DNA of 48,501 nucleotides from Candidatus Saccharibacteria bacterium QS_5_54_17 (GCA_003022365.1 PXOU01000011.1:1-48501); one strand, 5' to 3'; shown: positions 37,092 through 47,459, counted from the first letter of the stretch. Translations and numbers: made by a program. The notes: generated by a model from the sequence alone, not told the origin.

Positions 37092-37985
37092 ATGCCAAAA
37101 CACATACCCATGACTAACCTCGCCAGATACGTTCCGTTCCTGTTGCTGGGGGCGGTCCTAATGGCCATCGTCCCGCTGTGGGTAAGCGGGGTGTGGGGCC
37201 AATCGAATCCCGACAACCCTCAGGAGGGCTCGGTGGGGCTTTCCGGTGTCGTGCCGGGTGAGCCGCCCAGCCAAGCTCCCGCCATCAACTCACCCGTCGA
37301 CGGGCAGACATTTAACCAAACTCCCATCGAAGTCTCCGGCACCTGTCGGTCCGGCTTGATCGTGGAAATATACACCAACGACGTCTTCGCCGGTTCTACC
37401 GTTTGCCGCGACAACAATACCTTTACCATCGATACCGGGCTATTCTTCGGGGAGAACGTACTCCGGGCTCGGGTACAGGACGCGCTTGGCCAGGAGGGGC
37501 CGGAATCCGATCCAGTGACCGTTACCTATGATCCGCCGGTCAGCGAAAGCGGGCAACAGATCGACCAACAACTACTTATCCAAAGCGACGTCAGCTTCCG
37601 GGGGGCGCCGCCTGGCCAGCCCATCACCTTTCCGGTGCGATTATCTGGCGGCCAGGGTCCGTATGCCGTCAGCATTAATTGGGGGGACGGCGATAGCAGC
37701 GTCATCAGCCGGACGGATACGGGTAATTTCGACATTTCCCACACCTATGAACAGCCAGGGGTGTATCGGATCGTCATCCGCGCCACCGACGACAACGACC
37801 AAACGGCCTTTTTACAGGTAACCGCTGCCGCCAACGGGGACATTGAGGCGGGCATCCAAGATGAAGATGCTCCAGATACCCGGACTGAGCAGGTTTACGT
37901 ATTGTGGCCGCTGTATATCCTGGCAGCCATGGTTCCGTTTGCCTTCTGGCTGGGCATGCGCCACGGCAAACGGCGGCAGCAATAA
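37092..37985 (+). CDS. Secreted Ig-like/PKD domain protein with a C-terminal transmembrane helix
   Basis: Signal peptide; INWGDG..HTYEQPGVY PKD motif. Confidence 0.8.
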   Translation: MPKHIPMTNLARYVPFLLLGAVLMAIVPLWVSGVWGQSNPDNPQEGSVGLSGVVPGEPPSQAPAINSPVDGQTFNQTPIEVSGTCRSGLIVEIYTNDVFAGSTVCRDNNTFTIDTGLFFGENVLRARVQDALGQEGPESDPVTVTYDPPVSESGQQIDQQLLIQSDVSFRGAPPGQPITFPVRLSGGQGPYAVSINWGDGDSSVISRTDTGNFDISHTYEQPGVYRIVIRATDDNDQTAFLQVTAAANGDIEAGIQDEDAPDTRTEQVYVLWPLYILAAMVPFAFWLGMRHGKRRQQ

Positions 37986-37989
37986 GTGG

Positions 37990-38415
37990 GGTCAGTAGAC
38001 AGCAGACAGTAGACGGTAGACAGGGAACAAGAGGCGGGGAGTAAGCAGCAAGGAGCAAGTGGCAAGTGGCGAGTGGCAACAAAAAGAGTGTTGTTTTTGT
38101 TTTCCCTCTTTGTCATTCCGAATTTAGTTCGGAATCCGGTTTTGAAATAGATCCTGAAACAAGCCTGCCTACCGGCAAGGCAGGTTCAGGATGACAGGTG
38201 CGGAGTGAAACCCCCTCTTTGTCATTCCGAATTTAGTTCGGAATCCAATCCTGCAATAGATCCTGAAATAAATTCAGGATGACAACAGAGGATGATCCTG
38301 AAACTGATCCCGAATCACTTCGACCTTGTCCGCCCAAGGCAGACAGGCTCAGTGCGGGCGGGGTCATAGCCTGTCCTGAACTTGTTTCAGGAATGACGTC
38401 TTCAGGATGACAAAG
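37990..38415. repeat. Heptamer repeats plus REP-like cluster
   Basis: Same unit families. Confidence 0.88.
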
Positions 38416-38492
38416 GTCGAGAATTTCGTTGCTTATGCTAAAACTGCTACAATGCTTGGCGACAGTAAGATTTGGGTAACAGGAATTGAACC

Positions 38493-39950
38493 ATGGCGGA
38501 TAAGAGGCGGAATTTGGCGGGCAACCGGCGTTTCTCGGGTGAGGATGTGCGCAAGAGTGCGGGAAACCCGGCGCGCGACCGAGAAGCGGGCAGTCGCCGC
38601 AGCCGTAATGGTCCAGGGCGTCCAAGGTGGAGCGTGCAATTCTCCGTGTTGCTGGTGTCTTGCGTGTTCCTGGCGGCGCCGCTGATTGCCGTGGCCGAAG
38701 AACCGCTTACCAGCGACAACTATCGACTGGAGCCCAACGCCTCCAACTCGTTCGGCGGGCTTTCCGATAATGATCAATACTCGCTTCTGGGCTCCGGCGG
38801 CGAAGCGGCCGTCGGCTTGGGCGACAGCCCCAGTTATAAACTCTCCAGCGGCTACGTGGAGCAGTTGGAACAAGCTATCCAGTTGAACGTACTCCCGGCC
38901 GGCTTGGACGGCTATTGGCCCATGAATACCGGCGCCGGCATCCAGGCCTATGACGAAACCGCCAGTAATAACCGCGGCGTGCTGGTGAATAGTCCGGCCT
39001 GGGTAGACGGTCGGGTCGGCGGGGGCGCTTTGGATTTTAACGGATCTAACAAAACAAACCAGGGTGACAGCAACGATCAAACCGACAGTTTCACGCTTTC
39101 GGCCTGGATTAACCCCGACGATGTCTCCACGTCCGGCCAACGTATTATCTACAAAGACGATGGCACCACCGGCTGGGCTTTATCCCTCGGTGATCCCGGC
39201 TCCGGACGGCTTCGGTTTTATACCAGGGAAACCAGTCCAAGACTTACTGATACCGGCGACGTCATCTCGGCCAATAATTGGTATCACGTGGTGGCAGTAT
39301 TTGATAACTCAGCTGACACCAAATCCATTTATGTCAATGGCACCGAAGAAGCTCGAACCACGGGTGTTTCAGGTTCTCAGTCTGGCAACGGAGATGATCT
39401 GGAATTCGGCCGAAACTTCGACGGAACCATTGACGAAGTCCGGATTTACCCGAAAGCACTCACTCAGCATCAAATCCGGGACCAATACAATGCTTCGGAC
39501 GCCAACATTCCCAGCGCCTTGACCGTACCGGAGATCTCCCCCGATGCTTCCCAGACTGTCAGAGCCAATGCCGTGGTCCGGACCGATGCCGGCGGGTATG
39601 ACCTGGCCATCGAGCAAACCCAGGATCTTACCCGGGTAAACGGCAGCGAAACCATCCCGGCGATCAGCCCGGGGACCATCTCCAATCCCGAGCCGTGGAA
39701 TGAAGGCAGTACCACCGGTTTCGGCTTCACGGTTACGGACGCGGTCCAGCGGGATAGCAAATGGGGGACGGATCCGGATTATGAATACGCCGCCATACCG
39801 GGAACCAAGACCACCTTCCATAGCCGCAGCGGCCTCTCCGGCGCATTCAAGGAAACCGCCACCATGGAGTTCCGCTTGGGCGTTGACTATGAACACACCG
39901 CCGGTGTTTACACGAATAAACTCGGCTTCACCGCCACATTGAAACCATGA
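38493..39950 (+). CDS. Secreted LamG/concanavalin-like protein with a WxL/pilin-like C-terminal domain
   Basis: FTLSAWINP, WYHVVAVF, IYVNG and FDGTIDEVRIY motifs; ends GVYTNKLGFTATLKP. Confidence 0.8.
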   Translation: MADKRRNLAGNRRFSGEDVRKSAGNPARDREAGSRRSRNGPGRPRWSVQFSVLLVSCVFLAAPLIAVAEEPLTSDNYRLEPNASNSFGGLSDNDQYSLLGSGGEAAVGLGDSPSYKLSSGYVEQLEQAIQLNVLPAGLDGYWPMNTGAGIQAYDETASNNRGVLVNSPAWVDGRVGGGALDFNGSNKTNQGDSNDQTDSFTLSAWINPDDVSTSGQRIIYKDDGTTGWALSLGDPGSGRLRFYTRETSPRLTDTGDVISANNWYHVVAVFDNSADTKSIYVNGTEEARTTGVSGSQSGNGDDLEFGRNFDGTIDEVRIYPKALTQHQIRDQYNASDANIPSALTVPEISPDASQTVRANAVVRTDAGGYDLAIEQTQDLTRVNGSETIPAISPGTISNPEPWNEGSTTGFGFTVTDAVQRDSKWGTDPDYEYAAIPGTKTTFHSRSGLSGAFKETATMEFRLGVDYEHTAGVYTNKLGFTATLKP

Positions 39951-39978
39951 GAGAGCAAAAACACACCCGGAGTCATAG

Positions 39979-40905
39979 ATGAATCGATTTATGCGAAATT
40001 TCGCTTACTTGCTAATTCCTGCTTCTTGCTTCTTGATGATAGCAGCTATCATACTCATGGCGCCTTCGGTTGAGGCCCTGGGCTTGAAGGTTTCTCCGCT
40101 CAAATATGAGGAACAGATCGAACCCGGCAGCCAAAAGACCGGTTATGTGGATGTCTCCAATCCCAACGACGGCACCGTAACCGTTAACACCGACGTGGAG
40201 GCCTTCCGCCAGACCGACATTGATGGCAACCTGGAATACTACGAGGCTGAACGGATCAACAAAGGCATCCAGTTCGATGTCGACCAATTCCAGCTGGCGC
40301 CGCGGGAAGCCGCCCGGATATTCTTCGCCATCGATGGCAGCGCCTTGCCGGAAGGCGGCGTCTACGCGGCCCTCTTGTTCAGCGTGGACAGCGAGCCCCC
40401 CGACGAGGGGGAAGCCTCTTCCATCGGGACCACCAGCCGAGTAGGAACGTTGTTGATTTTACAAAATGGCGACAGTGGGGTCAGAACGGGGGAGATAAGC
40501 GGGGTCGACGTGCCGCTGTTGCAATTCGGGGATGGCATCCAAGGCAATGTTGAGTTCACTGCTGCCGATAAAGCGCGGTCCATCGCCTTCCAGCCCAAGT
40601 TGGATTCATCGCTACCCATCGTGGGCGAGCGGGAGATGGACACCGGACTGGTTTTTCCCGGCAATACACGCCGTTTTGAACTGGACCGGACCGGCAGCTA
40701 CATCGGCGTGTTCCCAGTGGAGGTAACCGAGGGGGCAACAGGGGACACCGCCCGCAGCTGGGTGGTGGCGGCCACCGGCATCTGGCAAATTCTGGCGCCG
40801 CTGATCCTGGTGGTACTGATTGCCAACCTGGTGCTCTTGCGCCGTTTCCAAAAAACCTCTTCCCTTAAGAAAACCGCTCCCCGAAAGAAGCGCCGCCGCT
40901 CCTGA
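39979..40905 (+). CDS. Secreted, membrane-anchored DUF916-like protein
   Basis: Signal peptide, VSPL..PG..V.N, RVGTLLIL, C-terminal transmembrane helix; resembles the 35911 protein. Confidence 0.62.
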   Translation: MNRFMRNFAYLLIPASCFLMIAAIILMAPSVEALGLKVSPLKYEEQIEPGSQKTGYVDVSNPNDGTVTVNTDVEAFRQTDIDGNLEYYEAERINKGIQFDVDQFQLAPREAARIFFAIDGSALPEGGVYAALLFSVDSEPPDEGEASSIGTTSRVGTLLILQNGDSGVRTGEISGVDVPLLQFGDGIQGNVEFTAADKARSIAFQPKLDSSLPIVGEREMDTGLVFPGNTRRFELDRTGSYIGVFPVEVTEGATGDTARSWVVAATGIWQILAPLILVVLIANLVLLRRFQKTSSLKKTAPRKKRRRS

Positions 40906-40964
40906 CCCCGGCCCACGATACAAGCGAGCCCCGAGCGCAGGCATAGCGAGGCGGGTGCGCGGAA

Positions 40965-41230
40965 ACCAAGGACCTTTAGTCCTTGCAAAAGGAGGGCCTT
41001 CTCTCTTTTTGTCATTCCGAATTTAGTTCGGAATCCAGTCCTGAAACAGATCCTGAAACAAGTTCAGGATGACATCTTCAGGAATGAAACCCCTCTCTGT
41101 CATTCCGAACTTGTTTCGGAATCTAATTCTGCAACAGGGAAACAATCCCGGATCGGGGTCCGAAATGACAATTCAGAGCCCGTTGTTTTTTACTCCCTGT
41201 CTACTGTCTACCGTCTGCTGTCTACTTCCT
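40965..41230. repeat. REP-like cluster plus heptamer repeats
   Basis: Same unit families. Confidence 0.85.
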
Positions 41231-41232
41231 GT

Positions 41233-42267
41233 TCAGCGGGCGATGAAGTAGTCGAAGGTGTAATTAGTGCCACCGGCGGGTGCCGAGTCGCTGCCGATGG
41301 TGAAGCCGCTGGCCGTGCGGGTGACGTACCAATCCAGGCTGCCAGTATCGGAGCCGACCGGGGTTACGTTGACCCGCGGCGTGTTGGGATAATTGCTGCC
41401 GAATTGGACGTTAACCAGCGTACCCCGCGATGGAGCACCGCCGGTGTTGACGTTAACCGTACCGGCCGTTCCATTGCCGCTGACAGACACGGTGCCGCCG
41501 CTACCGATGCTGCCGCCTGGGCTGGCGCCGGTTTGGGCGCCGCCGGTAATCAGTTTGCCGTTCATGGTCAAATCACCGCTGAAGGATAGGCTGCCCGTTT
41601 CGATGGCCTGGGCGTTCAGGGTTCCGGCAAAGGTACCCCCACCCGCCACGGTCAGGTCTTCATTCACGCTCAGGCCGCCCTGAACGGTGGCCGTGTTCAG
41701 CCGGGTGTCGCCGCCGACGTTCAAATCCTGGCCGACGTCCACGTTATTGAGCGTTGCTTGGCCGGAGGCGGCGATGTCTTTGAGTGCCAGCTTCTGGCCG
41801 ACGCGTAATTGGCCTTGGACTTCCAAGCTGCTGCGAACCAGCATGGTGCCGTCGAAGACGCTGTTGGCTTGGACGTTCAGGCTTTTGTTGGTGTTGTCGA
41901 TCTCAGCTTGTTCTTCTGACAGTGAGGCGAAATCCTCCTCGTCGATGCTGGCAGCGGGAAAGTCCTCACCGTCTATGTTGGCCGATTGATTGTTGCTCTG
42001 GACGTAGCCGATGATGCCCGCCACTAAAGCTAAGACTACCAGGAATGCCCAGATATAGGGATTTAAAAACCATTTCTTTGACCCGCTAAAGGGAAGCCGA
42101 CCCCATAATTTTTTCAGTTTGGAAGGGGGGTTGGAATCAGACCCGCTGCTTCCGGCTTGTTGTCCCGTCTCGGGGCCGGCAGAGTCGCCGCCAGCGGCGG
42201 AAGTAGTATTCCGCTGATCGCTGGCGCCCCCTTGGGTCTGGTTTGATTGATTTTGTTTAGGCGGCAT
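41233..42267 (-). CDS. Membrane-anchored beta-rich (fibre-like) surface protein
   Basis: Low-complexity N-terminus, one transmembrane helix, repeated L.V.G.L.V strands. Confidence 0.75.
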   Translation of the reverse strand: MPPKQNQSNQTQGGASDQRNTTSAAGGDSAGPETGQQAGSSGSDSNPPSKLKKLWGRLPFSGSKKWFLNPYIWAFLVVLALVAGIIGYVQSNNQSANIDGEDFPAASIDEEDFASLSEEQAEIDNTNKSLNVQANSVFDGTMLVRSSLEVQGQLRVGQKLALKDIAASGQATLNNVDVGQDLNVGGDTRLNTATVQGGLSVNEDLTVAGGGTFAGTLNAQAIETGSLSFSGDLTMNGKLITGGAQTGASPGGSIGSGGTVSVSGNGTAGTVNVNTGGAPSRGTLVNVQFGSNYPNTPRVNVTPVGSDTGSLDWYVTRTASGFTIGSDSAPAGGTNYTFDYFIAR

Positions 42268-42314
42268 GGTGTTTCATGTTCATTGCAATGATGTCTATGC
42301 TTACTATAAAGGAC

Positions 42315-42920
42315 GCGGGAAGCAGGTGGCAAGGAGTAGACAGCAGACAGCAGACAGCAGACAGCAGACGGTAGACGGGGAACAAGGAAGAGGAAGCAGG
42401 AAGTAAGGAGCAAGAAGTAACAGGCTCTAAACCTGTCATTCCTGAAACAAGTTCAGGACAGGCTTTGAATTTATTTCAGGATCTGTTTTAGGACCAGTGT
42501 CAGGATTGGATTCCGAAACAAGTTCGGAATGACAAAAAGAGAGGAAGCCCTCCTTTTGCAAGGACCGTTCTTGCAATGACTAAAGCAGCCAGCGCAGTAT
42601 CCAAGAACCACGGAAACCCACTACACGCCGGAGCAGAGTAGCCTAACATATTACAAAAACTGACGATCATCAGCAAATGTAATAGCTCGGCGGGTGCGTG
42701 AAGAGTAGGAAGTAAGCAGCAAGAAGTAAGAAGTAAGAAGTAAGCGGATCTTAAGAGGGGTGGCGAAAATGTCATCCTGAACCTGCCTGCCGGCAGGCAG
42801 GCTTGTTTCAGGATCTATTTCAAAACCATGTCGGCTTAATGGATTCCGGCCCGGTGGCCGGAATGACAAAGAGGGGGACAGGATACAGGGAATAAGAACC
42901 AAGAAGCAGGGCGTAGGAAG
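42315..42920. repeat. Heptamer repeats plus REP-like clusters
   Basis: agcagac run, agtaaga run and GTCAT units. Confidence 0.85.
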
Positions 42921-43030
42921 GAGTGTGTTTCCCAAATCCGCCTGAGGTGGACGAGGCGCAGACCGGTGAAAAACACGGGGTGACCGGTGTAAAATCGCAT
43001 AAAAACGGGATAAAAATCGTGCCTGAGCCG

Positions 43031-44080
43031 TTAAAAGGTGGCGGTGCAAATGTAGGTAAGGGTGGTCGAGTAGGTACCCTTGGCCTGATCGGGCGGGACA
43101 TTGACGATATAGGAAGCCGTGTAGGTGTTGGGGCGGGTTTCTTCGGCGGATCGAGCCACGACGTCGCCGCTGGCGAACCGGAATTGGTCGGCCGCGTTGT
43201 AATTGGGGTGGGCCGTTCCGATGCCGGGACCGGTGGGGTCGGTGCCCACATCGGGGTTGGTATTATCCCGCAAATTCATGCCGAACTGGCCGGTGCCCGG
43301 CGTGGAGGCGGTCTGGCTGGAGAGGGCGGGGATGGAGTTGGTGCCCGAGGTCATGGTGGTTCCCCGGACGGTGACCGCGTAGCCGTTCCCATAGTTGGTG
43401 TTGGCGCGGAATTGGGAAGTTGCCACGGAGGTTGCCCCGGCGGAAAATTGGCCCAGATCCAGACTGTTACCAGTGGCGCTGGCGCAATCGCCGGGGATGC
43501 GGTTACCGACGCAAAAGTTCAGGATGGGAGGTACGTCGGCACCTACTTGGACCGCTTCGGCGGTAGCAAAGGTTACCACTCCGGTGTCGATGGGGTCGGT
43601 AAAGTCGGCATTCCCGTAGGTGCTGATTCTGGCGAAGTAGCTGGTATTGGTATCCGAGGGGTTGGTGACGCCGGTGAAGGTAACCGATTGGGAACTGCCC
43701 GGCGGCGTGGCATTGGTGTCATTGCTCATGCGCAGTTGGCCGGCATCGTTGTTGTTGGCCGTCCAGCCGATGGGACTGCCGAATCCGTTCGGCTGGCTCA
43801 GCAGCGTGGCGCTTCCCGCGTCAAATCCGTCCGGCGTGGTGCACTCGTTGTAACCGCTCGTGCATATCCGCGCGCTAAAGGACTTAATAATATCATTAGA
43901 AGGTACGGTGAAATTAAAGGTGTAGTTGACGTTGTCGGCGCTCGGGGTGGAGTCGGTAATGGTCAGGCTCCGGTCGGTAATGTCGGCGGCCAGAACAGGC
44001 CCCGAGATTACCGTGAATCCCAGGACCACGACCGCGACCAGGGCGGCCAAATGTTTGCTCAGGATACCCAAGCGACGCAT
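43031..44080 (-). CDS. Secreted WxL/pilin-like protein, paralog 1
   Basis: Signal peptide, paired Cys, QFGMNL; ends GTYSTTLTYICTATF. Confidence 0.8.
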   Translation of the reverse strand: MRRLGILSKHLAALVAVVVLGFTVISGPVLAADITDRSLTITDSTPSADNVNYTFNFTVPSNDIIKSFSARICTSGYNECTTPDGFDAGSATLLSQPNGFGSPIGWTANNNDAGQLRMSNDTNATPPGSSQSVTFTGVTNPSDTNTSYFARISTYGNADFTDPIDTGVVTFATAEAVQVGADVPPILNFCVGNRIPGDCASATGNSLDLGQFSAGATSVATSQFRANTNYGNGYAVTVRGTTMTSGTNSIPALSSQTASTPGTGQFGMNLRDNTNPDVGTDPTGPGIGTAHPNYNAADQFRFASGDVVARSAEETRPNTYTASYIVNVPPDQAKGTYSTTLTYICTATF

Positions 44081-44088
44081 TCTATCTT

Positions 44089-45189
44089 TTAGAAGGTTGC
44101 GGTGGCAACGTAGGTAACCGTTGTCGAGTAGACACCGGTCGGGGTGGTGGAGTTGACGTTGCCCAGATAGGTGATGTCGAAGAGGTTATTGCCGACCGGA
44201 TCGGTGGAGCTGGCAATGGTATTGGTAGTTGTGCTGTCGCCGCCGTCCTGAACGGTCGCCCCATCCACGAAGGCGTAACAAGTACTTGCGTTGCAATCGG
44301 TGCCCGAATAATCGCCATCCAGGGTGACGCCCGAACCGCTGTTAACGGAGATGTTCATCCCGAACTGTTCATTGCCGGGACTGGAGTCGGTACCGGTGGC
44401 GCCGATGGCGTCAATGGTGTCGGTTCCGTTGCTATGGGTCAGGGTGGTGCCGGCGTATTGGATGGTAAAGCCGTGCAGGGCGTTGGTGGCGACCACGGAT
44501 TGGTGCTGGGCGGTACGTTCCGAGGAAGTGCTCAGTACCCCCAAGTCAAGACTGGTATCACCGGGAGTCCCGCAGGAAGCACCGGTGGCGTGAATACAGA
44601 AGAGCAAATTTTCCTCTACCCGGGCCGTGACGTCGACCGTCTCGGCGGTGCTGAAGGCAAGGCCGCCGTCATCTACTTTTGTGACGCCGTCGTCCGAGTA
44701 GGTATACAGCCGGACGAAGAATTCCGAGTTGGGGCTGTCGGGGTTAACCGCGTTGCCGAAATCGAAGGTAACGGTGGTACCGGAGCTGATGCTTTCGGCG
44801 GTCCGCTCAATCACGATTTCATTGGTGGTGGTATTAGTTCCGTCGATGGTGAAGTCATTGGTGCCGCCGTGGCTCTGGGCATCCAGGGTGACGTTGCTGA
44901 CGTCCAAGCCGGATGGGGCGGTGCAGCTCTGACCGGGGAAGGGGTTATTGGCGCAATACTCGAATTGAATTTCAGCGACGCTATCCGAAGTAGCGATGGT
45001 GAAGGAATAATTATGACCGGTCGTGGCGCTGGCGGCCGAACTCTCCAGGGTCAGTTGGCGATCTTCCAGCTGGGCAGCTTGGACTGAGGAAACGGGAACC
45101 ACCGTGCCTACGACCAAAGCCGCGATGCTGGCGAACACGGTCGCCCGCTTCCGGGTGAATGAAGTTTTCTTGTCTAATTTATGCACCAT
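44089..45189 (-). CDS. Secreted WxL/pilin-like protein, paralog 2
   Basis: Signal peptide, paired Cys, QFGMNI; ends GVYSTTVTYVATATF. Confidence 0.8.
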   Translation of the reverse strand: MVHKLDKKTSFTRKRATVFASIAALVVGTVVPVSSVQAAQLEDRQLTLESSAASATTGHNYSFTIATSDSVAEIQFEYCANNPFPGQSCTAPSGLDVSNVTLDAQSHGGTNDFTIDGTNTTTNEIVIERTAESISSGTTVTFDFGNAVNPDSPNSEFFVRLYTYSDDGVTKVDDGGLAFSTAETVDVTARVEENLLFCIHATGASCGTPGDTSLDLGVLSTSSERTAQHQSVVATNALHGFTIQYAGTTLTHSNGTDTIDAIGATGTDSSPGNEQFGMNISVNSGSGVTLDGDYSGTDCNASTCYAFVDGATVQDGGDSTTTNTIASSTDPVGNNLFDITYLGNVNSTTPTGVYSTTVTYVATATF

Positions 45190-45397
45190 AAAATACCTTC
45201 TGTGTTAACTTTTGTTTTTAATTCTATACAAAGTCTGACAAGAAAATATCATGAGAATTATCTAGTCGTCAACCAATTATGACTCCCAATTATGACCCGG
45301 AGATTAACTTTAAACCTAAGCGGGACTCGTGTACAATAACATCAGTCGGACTCAGGGGTTCCAAAGCCGCCAGGTAGTTGCCCATCATGAAATTGAT

Positions 45398-46237
45398 ATG
45401 AAATACATACATAATCTTACACATACACAGACAATCGGGTGGTTGGTCGGTATCTGCAGCTTGGCCATGGCGGCCGTCAGTATGCAGCTGGGCCCCGTTT
45501 TGGCCCAGGAGTTTTCTTCCGGTTACCAATCGGAAGCGCCCGTTTCGGCGGGTATGGCGGTCAGCATCGCATCCGAGCAGAACAGCACGGTGGAGCCGAC
45601 CAACCGGGAAAATCTGGATAACGTGCTGGGGGTGGCCGTCAATGGCAGCTCCTCGTTGTTCGCCGTGACGTCCCGGGAAAGCGATGTGCAAGTGGTAACC
45701 CAGGGTGTGACGGATATGCTGGTCAGCGACCGCAATGGCGCCATCCAGGAAGGGGATTACATCACCGCTTCCTCGGTAAACGGCATCGGTATGCGGGCGG
45801 ATGACAACCACAACAAAATTATCGCCAGAGCCCGGGGAGACTTCGCCGAGGCCGACACCCGGACCATACAAACGGAAGGGGAAGATTCGCGCTCGCTTTC
45901 GGTCGCCCGGATTCCGGTCGTCATCCAGATCGGCGGCAATCCGGAAGCGGCGGCCCGGGATTCGGTCCTTCCCAATTTCGTGCAAGGGGCGGCCAATACG
46001 GTGGCCGGCCAGCCGGTCGCCCCGGGCCGGATCATCATCGCTTTGCTGGTGGTGGCCGGCGGGTTGGTGGGTGCCATGGTGTTACTCTACGGGGCAGTCA
46101 GCAATACCATCATTTCCATTGGCAGGAACCCGTTGAGCAACAAGTCGATCTACGCCGGGCTTTTCCGGATGGTGATTATCGCGCTGATCATCATTCTGCT
46201 TTCTCAGGGCCTAGGGTACGCCATTATTACGGTCTAG
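45398..46237 (+). CDS. Hypothetical membrane protein
   Basis: Signal peptide, NGAIQEGDYITAS..GIGM, two C-terminal transmembrane helices with SIGRNP. Confidence 0.75.
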   Translation: MKYIHNLTHTQTIGWLVGICSLAMAAVSMQLGPVLAQEFSSGYQSEAPVSAGMAVSIASEQNSTVEPTNRENLDNVLGVAVNGSSSLFAVTSRESDVQVVTQGVTDMLVSDRNGAIQEGDYITASSVNGIGMRADDNHNKIIARARGDFAEADTRTIQTEGEDSRSLSVARIPVVIQIGGNPEAAARDSVLPNFVQGAANTVAGQPVAPGRIIIALLVVAGGLVGAMVLLYGAVSNTIISIGRNPLSNKSIYAGLFRMVIIALIIILLSQGLGYAIITV

Positions 46238-46283
46238 CGCTAGGTAGGCAGCCAGTGCCGGGCGGTCTGCTATACTAAAGGCC

Positions 46284-46937
46284 ATGAGCCGCCAAAAAAC
46301 CGCTCCGCCCAAGCGGCAAACCGTCGCCCTGGAGGCATTACGACAGGGGATGGCCGTCATCCGGAGGGGGAATAATGTCTATACCTTGCACCTGGATGGC
46401 TCCACCAAACTGCTTTCGGCCAGTCATAGTAGACACGCCGTGTGGCGGGACGCCCTGCAGGCGCTGCAATCCGAAAGCTCATCCAGCAGCGCCGGCAGCC
46501 AGTCCGCCGCCGGAACCAAAAACCTAATCCTTTATACCGACGGCGGCTCCCGCGGCAACCCGGGTCCCTCGGCCAGCGGATATGTCATTTTTAATGGTGA
46601 TGAGTCCCGGGTGCTGGAGCAGGGAGGTGAATACTTAGGTCTTATGACCAACAACCAGGCTGAATACCAGGCGGTTATACACGCCCTCCAAGCGGCCGGC
46701 AAGTTCCGACCCCGGGAGCTTACCTTCTACGTTGATAGCTTACTGGTCGTCAATCAGCTCAACGGCCAATACAAGATAAAAAGTCAAGAGATGCGCTCAC
46801 TGTATGAGACGATAAGCGATCTATCGGCCGGCTTCGCCTCGGTCGAGTTCCACCACGTCAACCGGGAACACAACCGGATGGCCGATGAAGAAGTCAATAA
46901 GATTCTCGACGCCCGGCAAGAAAAAACTGATGGATAA
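46284..46937 (+). CDS. rnhA: Ribonuclease HI family protein with an N-terminal extension
   Basis: YTDGGSRGNPG, TNNQAEY, DSLLVVNQ and NRMAD motifs. Confidence 0.9.
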   Translation: MSRQKTAPPKRQTVALEALRQGMAVIRRGNNVYTLHLDGSTKLLSASHSRHAVWRDALQALQSESSSSSAGSQSAAGTKNLILYTDGGSRGNPGPSASGYVIFNGDESRVLEQGGEYLGLMTNNQAEYQAVIHALQAAGKFRPRELTFYVDSLLVVNQLNGQYKIKSQEMRSLYETISDLSAGFASVEFHHVNREHNRMADEEVNKILDARQEKTDG

Positions 46938-46967
46938 AAAGAACCCCCACTATATATAGTGGGGGTT
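46936..46967 (-). terminator. Intrinsic terminator of rnpB
   Basis: AACCCCCACTAT/ATAGTGGGGGTT hairpin with a U run on the minus strand. Confidence 0.75.
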
Positions 46968-46974
46968 GGGGTGG

Positions 46975-47416
46975 GCACGCACGCCTGTAAGCCGGATTCT
47001 GTCCTTGGAGATGACTATCTATCTGGGCCCGATGTCGCCACCGGGCTCGAGCGGTTCTTTGCTATGACATCGGCCGGGCCGGCCATGGTGATGTCATATT
47101 CCTTGCAGCCGGCAGGGTTTACCCCTTCCCGATGTCGCCACCGGGAACTGTGCGCTCTTACCGCACGCTTTTCACCCTTGGTCCTACTGCTTTGCAGCGG
47201 TTACCGGTATGGTTTCTGTGGCACTTTCCCTGGGATTACTCCCGGTTGCCGTTAGCAACTGCCGTGCCCTGTGCTGTCCGGACTTTCCTCCCCGCAACTT
47301 GCCGCTGGCAACCCACCAAAGGCAGCAGGCGAAAGCGATCTTTGCTCCATATTGCCCCTTGCCGCTTGATGGGCTCCAAAAAAGCAAGGTGCGGGGTAGC
47401 CACCCAGCGTACGTGC
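46975..47416 (-). ncRNA. rnpB: RNase P RNA (type A-like)
   Basis: Minus strand GAGGAAAGTCC, AGTGCCACAGAAA, GGTAAACCC and ACAGAATCCGGCTTA; P1 GCACGTACGC/GCGTGCGTGC; TATAAT 7 nt upstream. Confidence 0.95.
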
Positions 47417-47459
47417 AAAATTTATTATAAAACAGGTAAGCAACTGGCGCCAATGAGCG

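Noticed and set aside
42932-42943. 12-nt match to the 5' end of spacer 9 (AGGCGGATTTGG, minus strand)
   Set aside because: Adjacent bases are CCTC rather than TTTV, the match is short, and it overlaps a common CCGCC..GGCGG-like palindrome; compatible with chance
42923-44092. 389-aa plus-strand ORF
   Set aside because: Antisense shadow of the secreted protein on the minus strand; Gly/Val-rich composition typical of shadow frames
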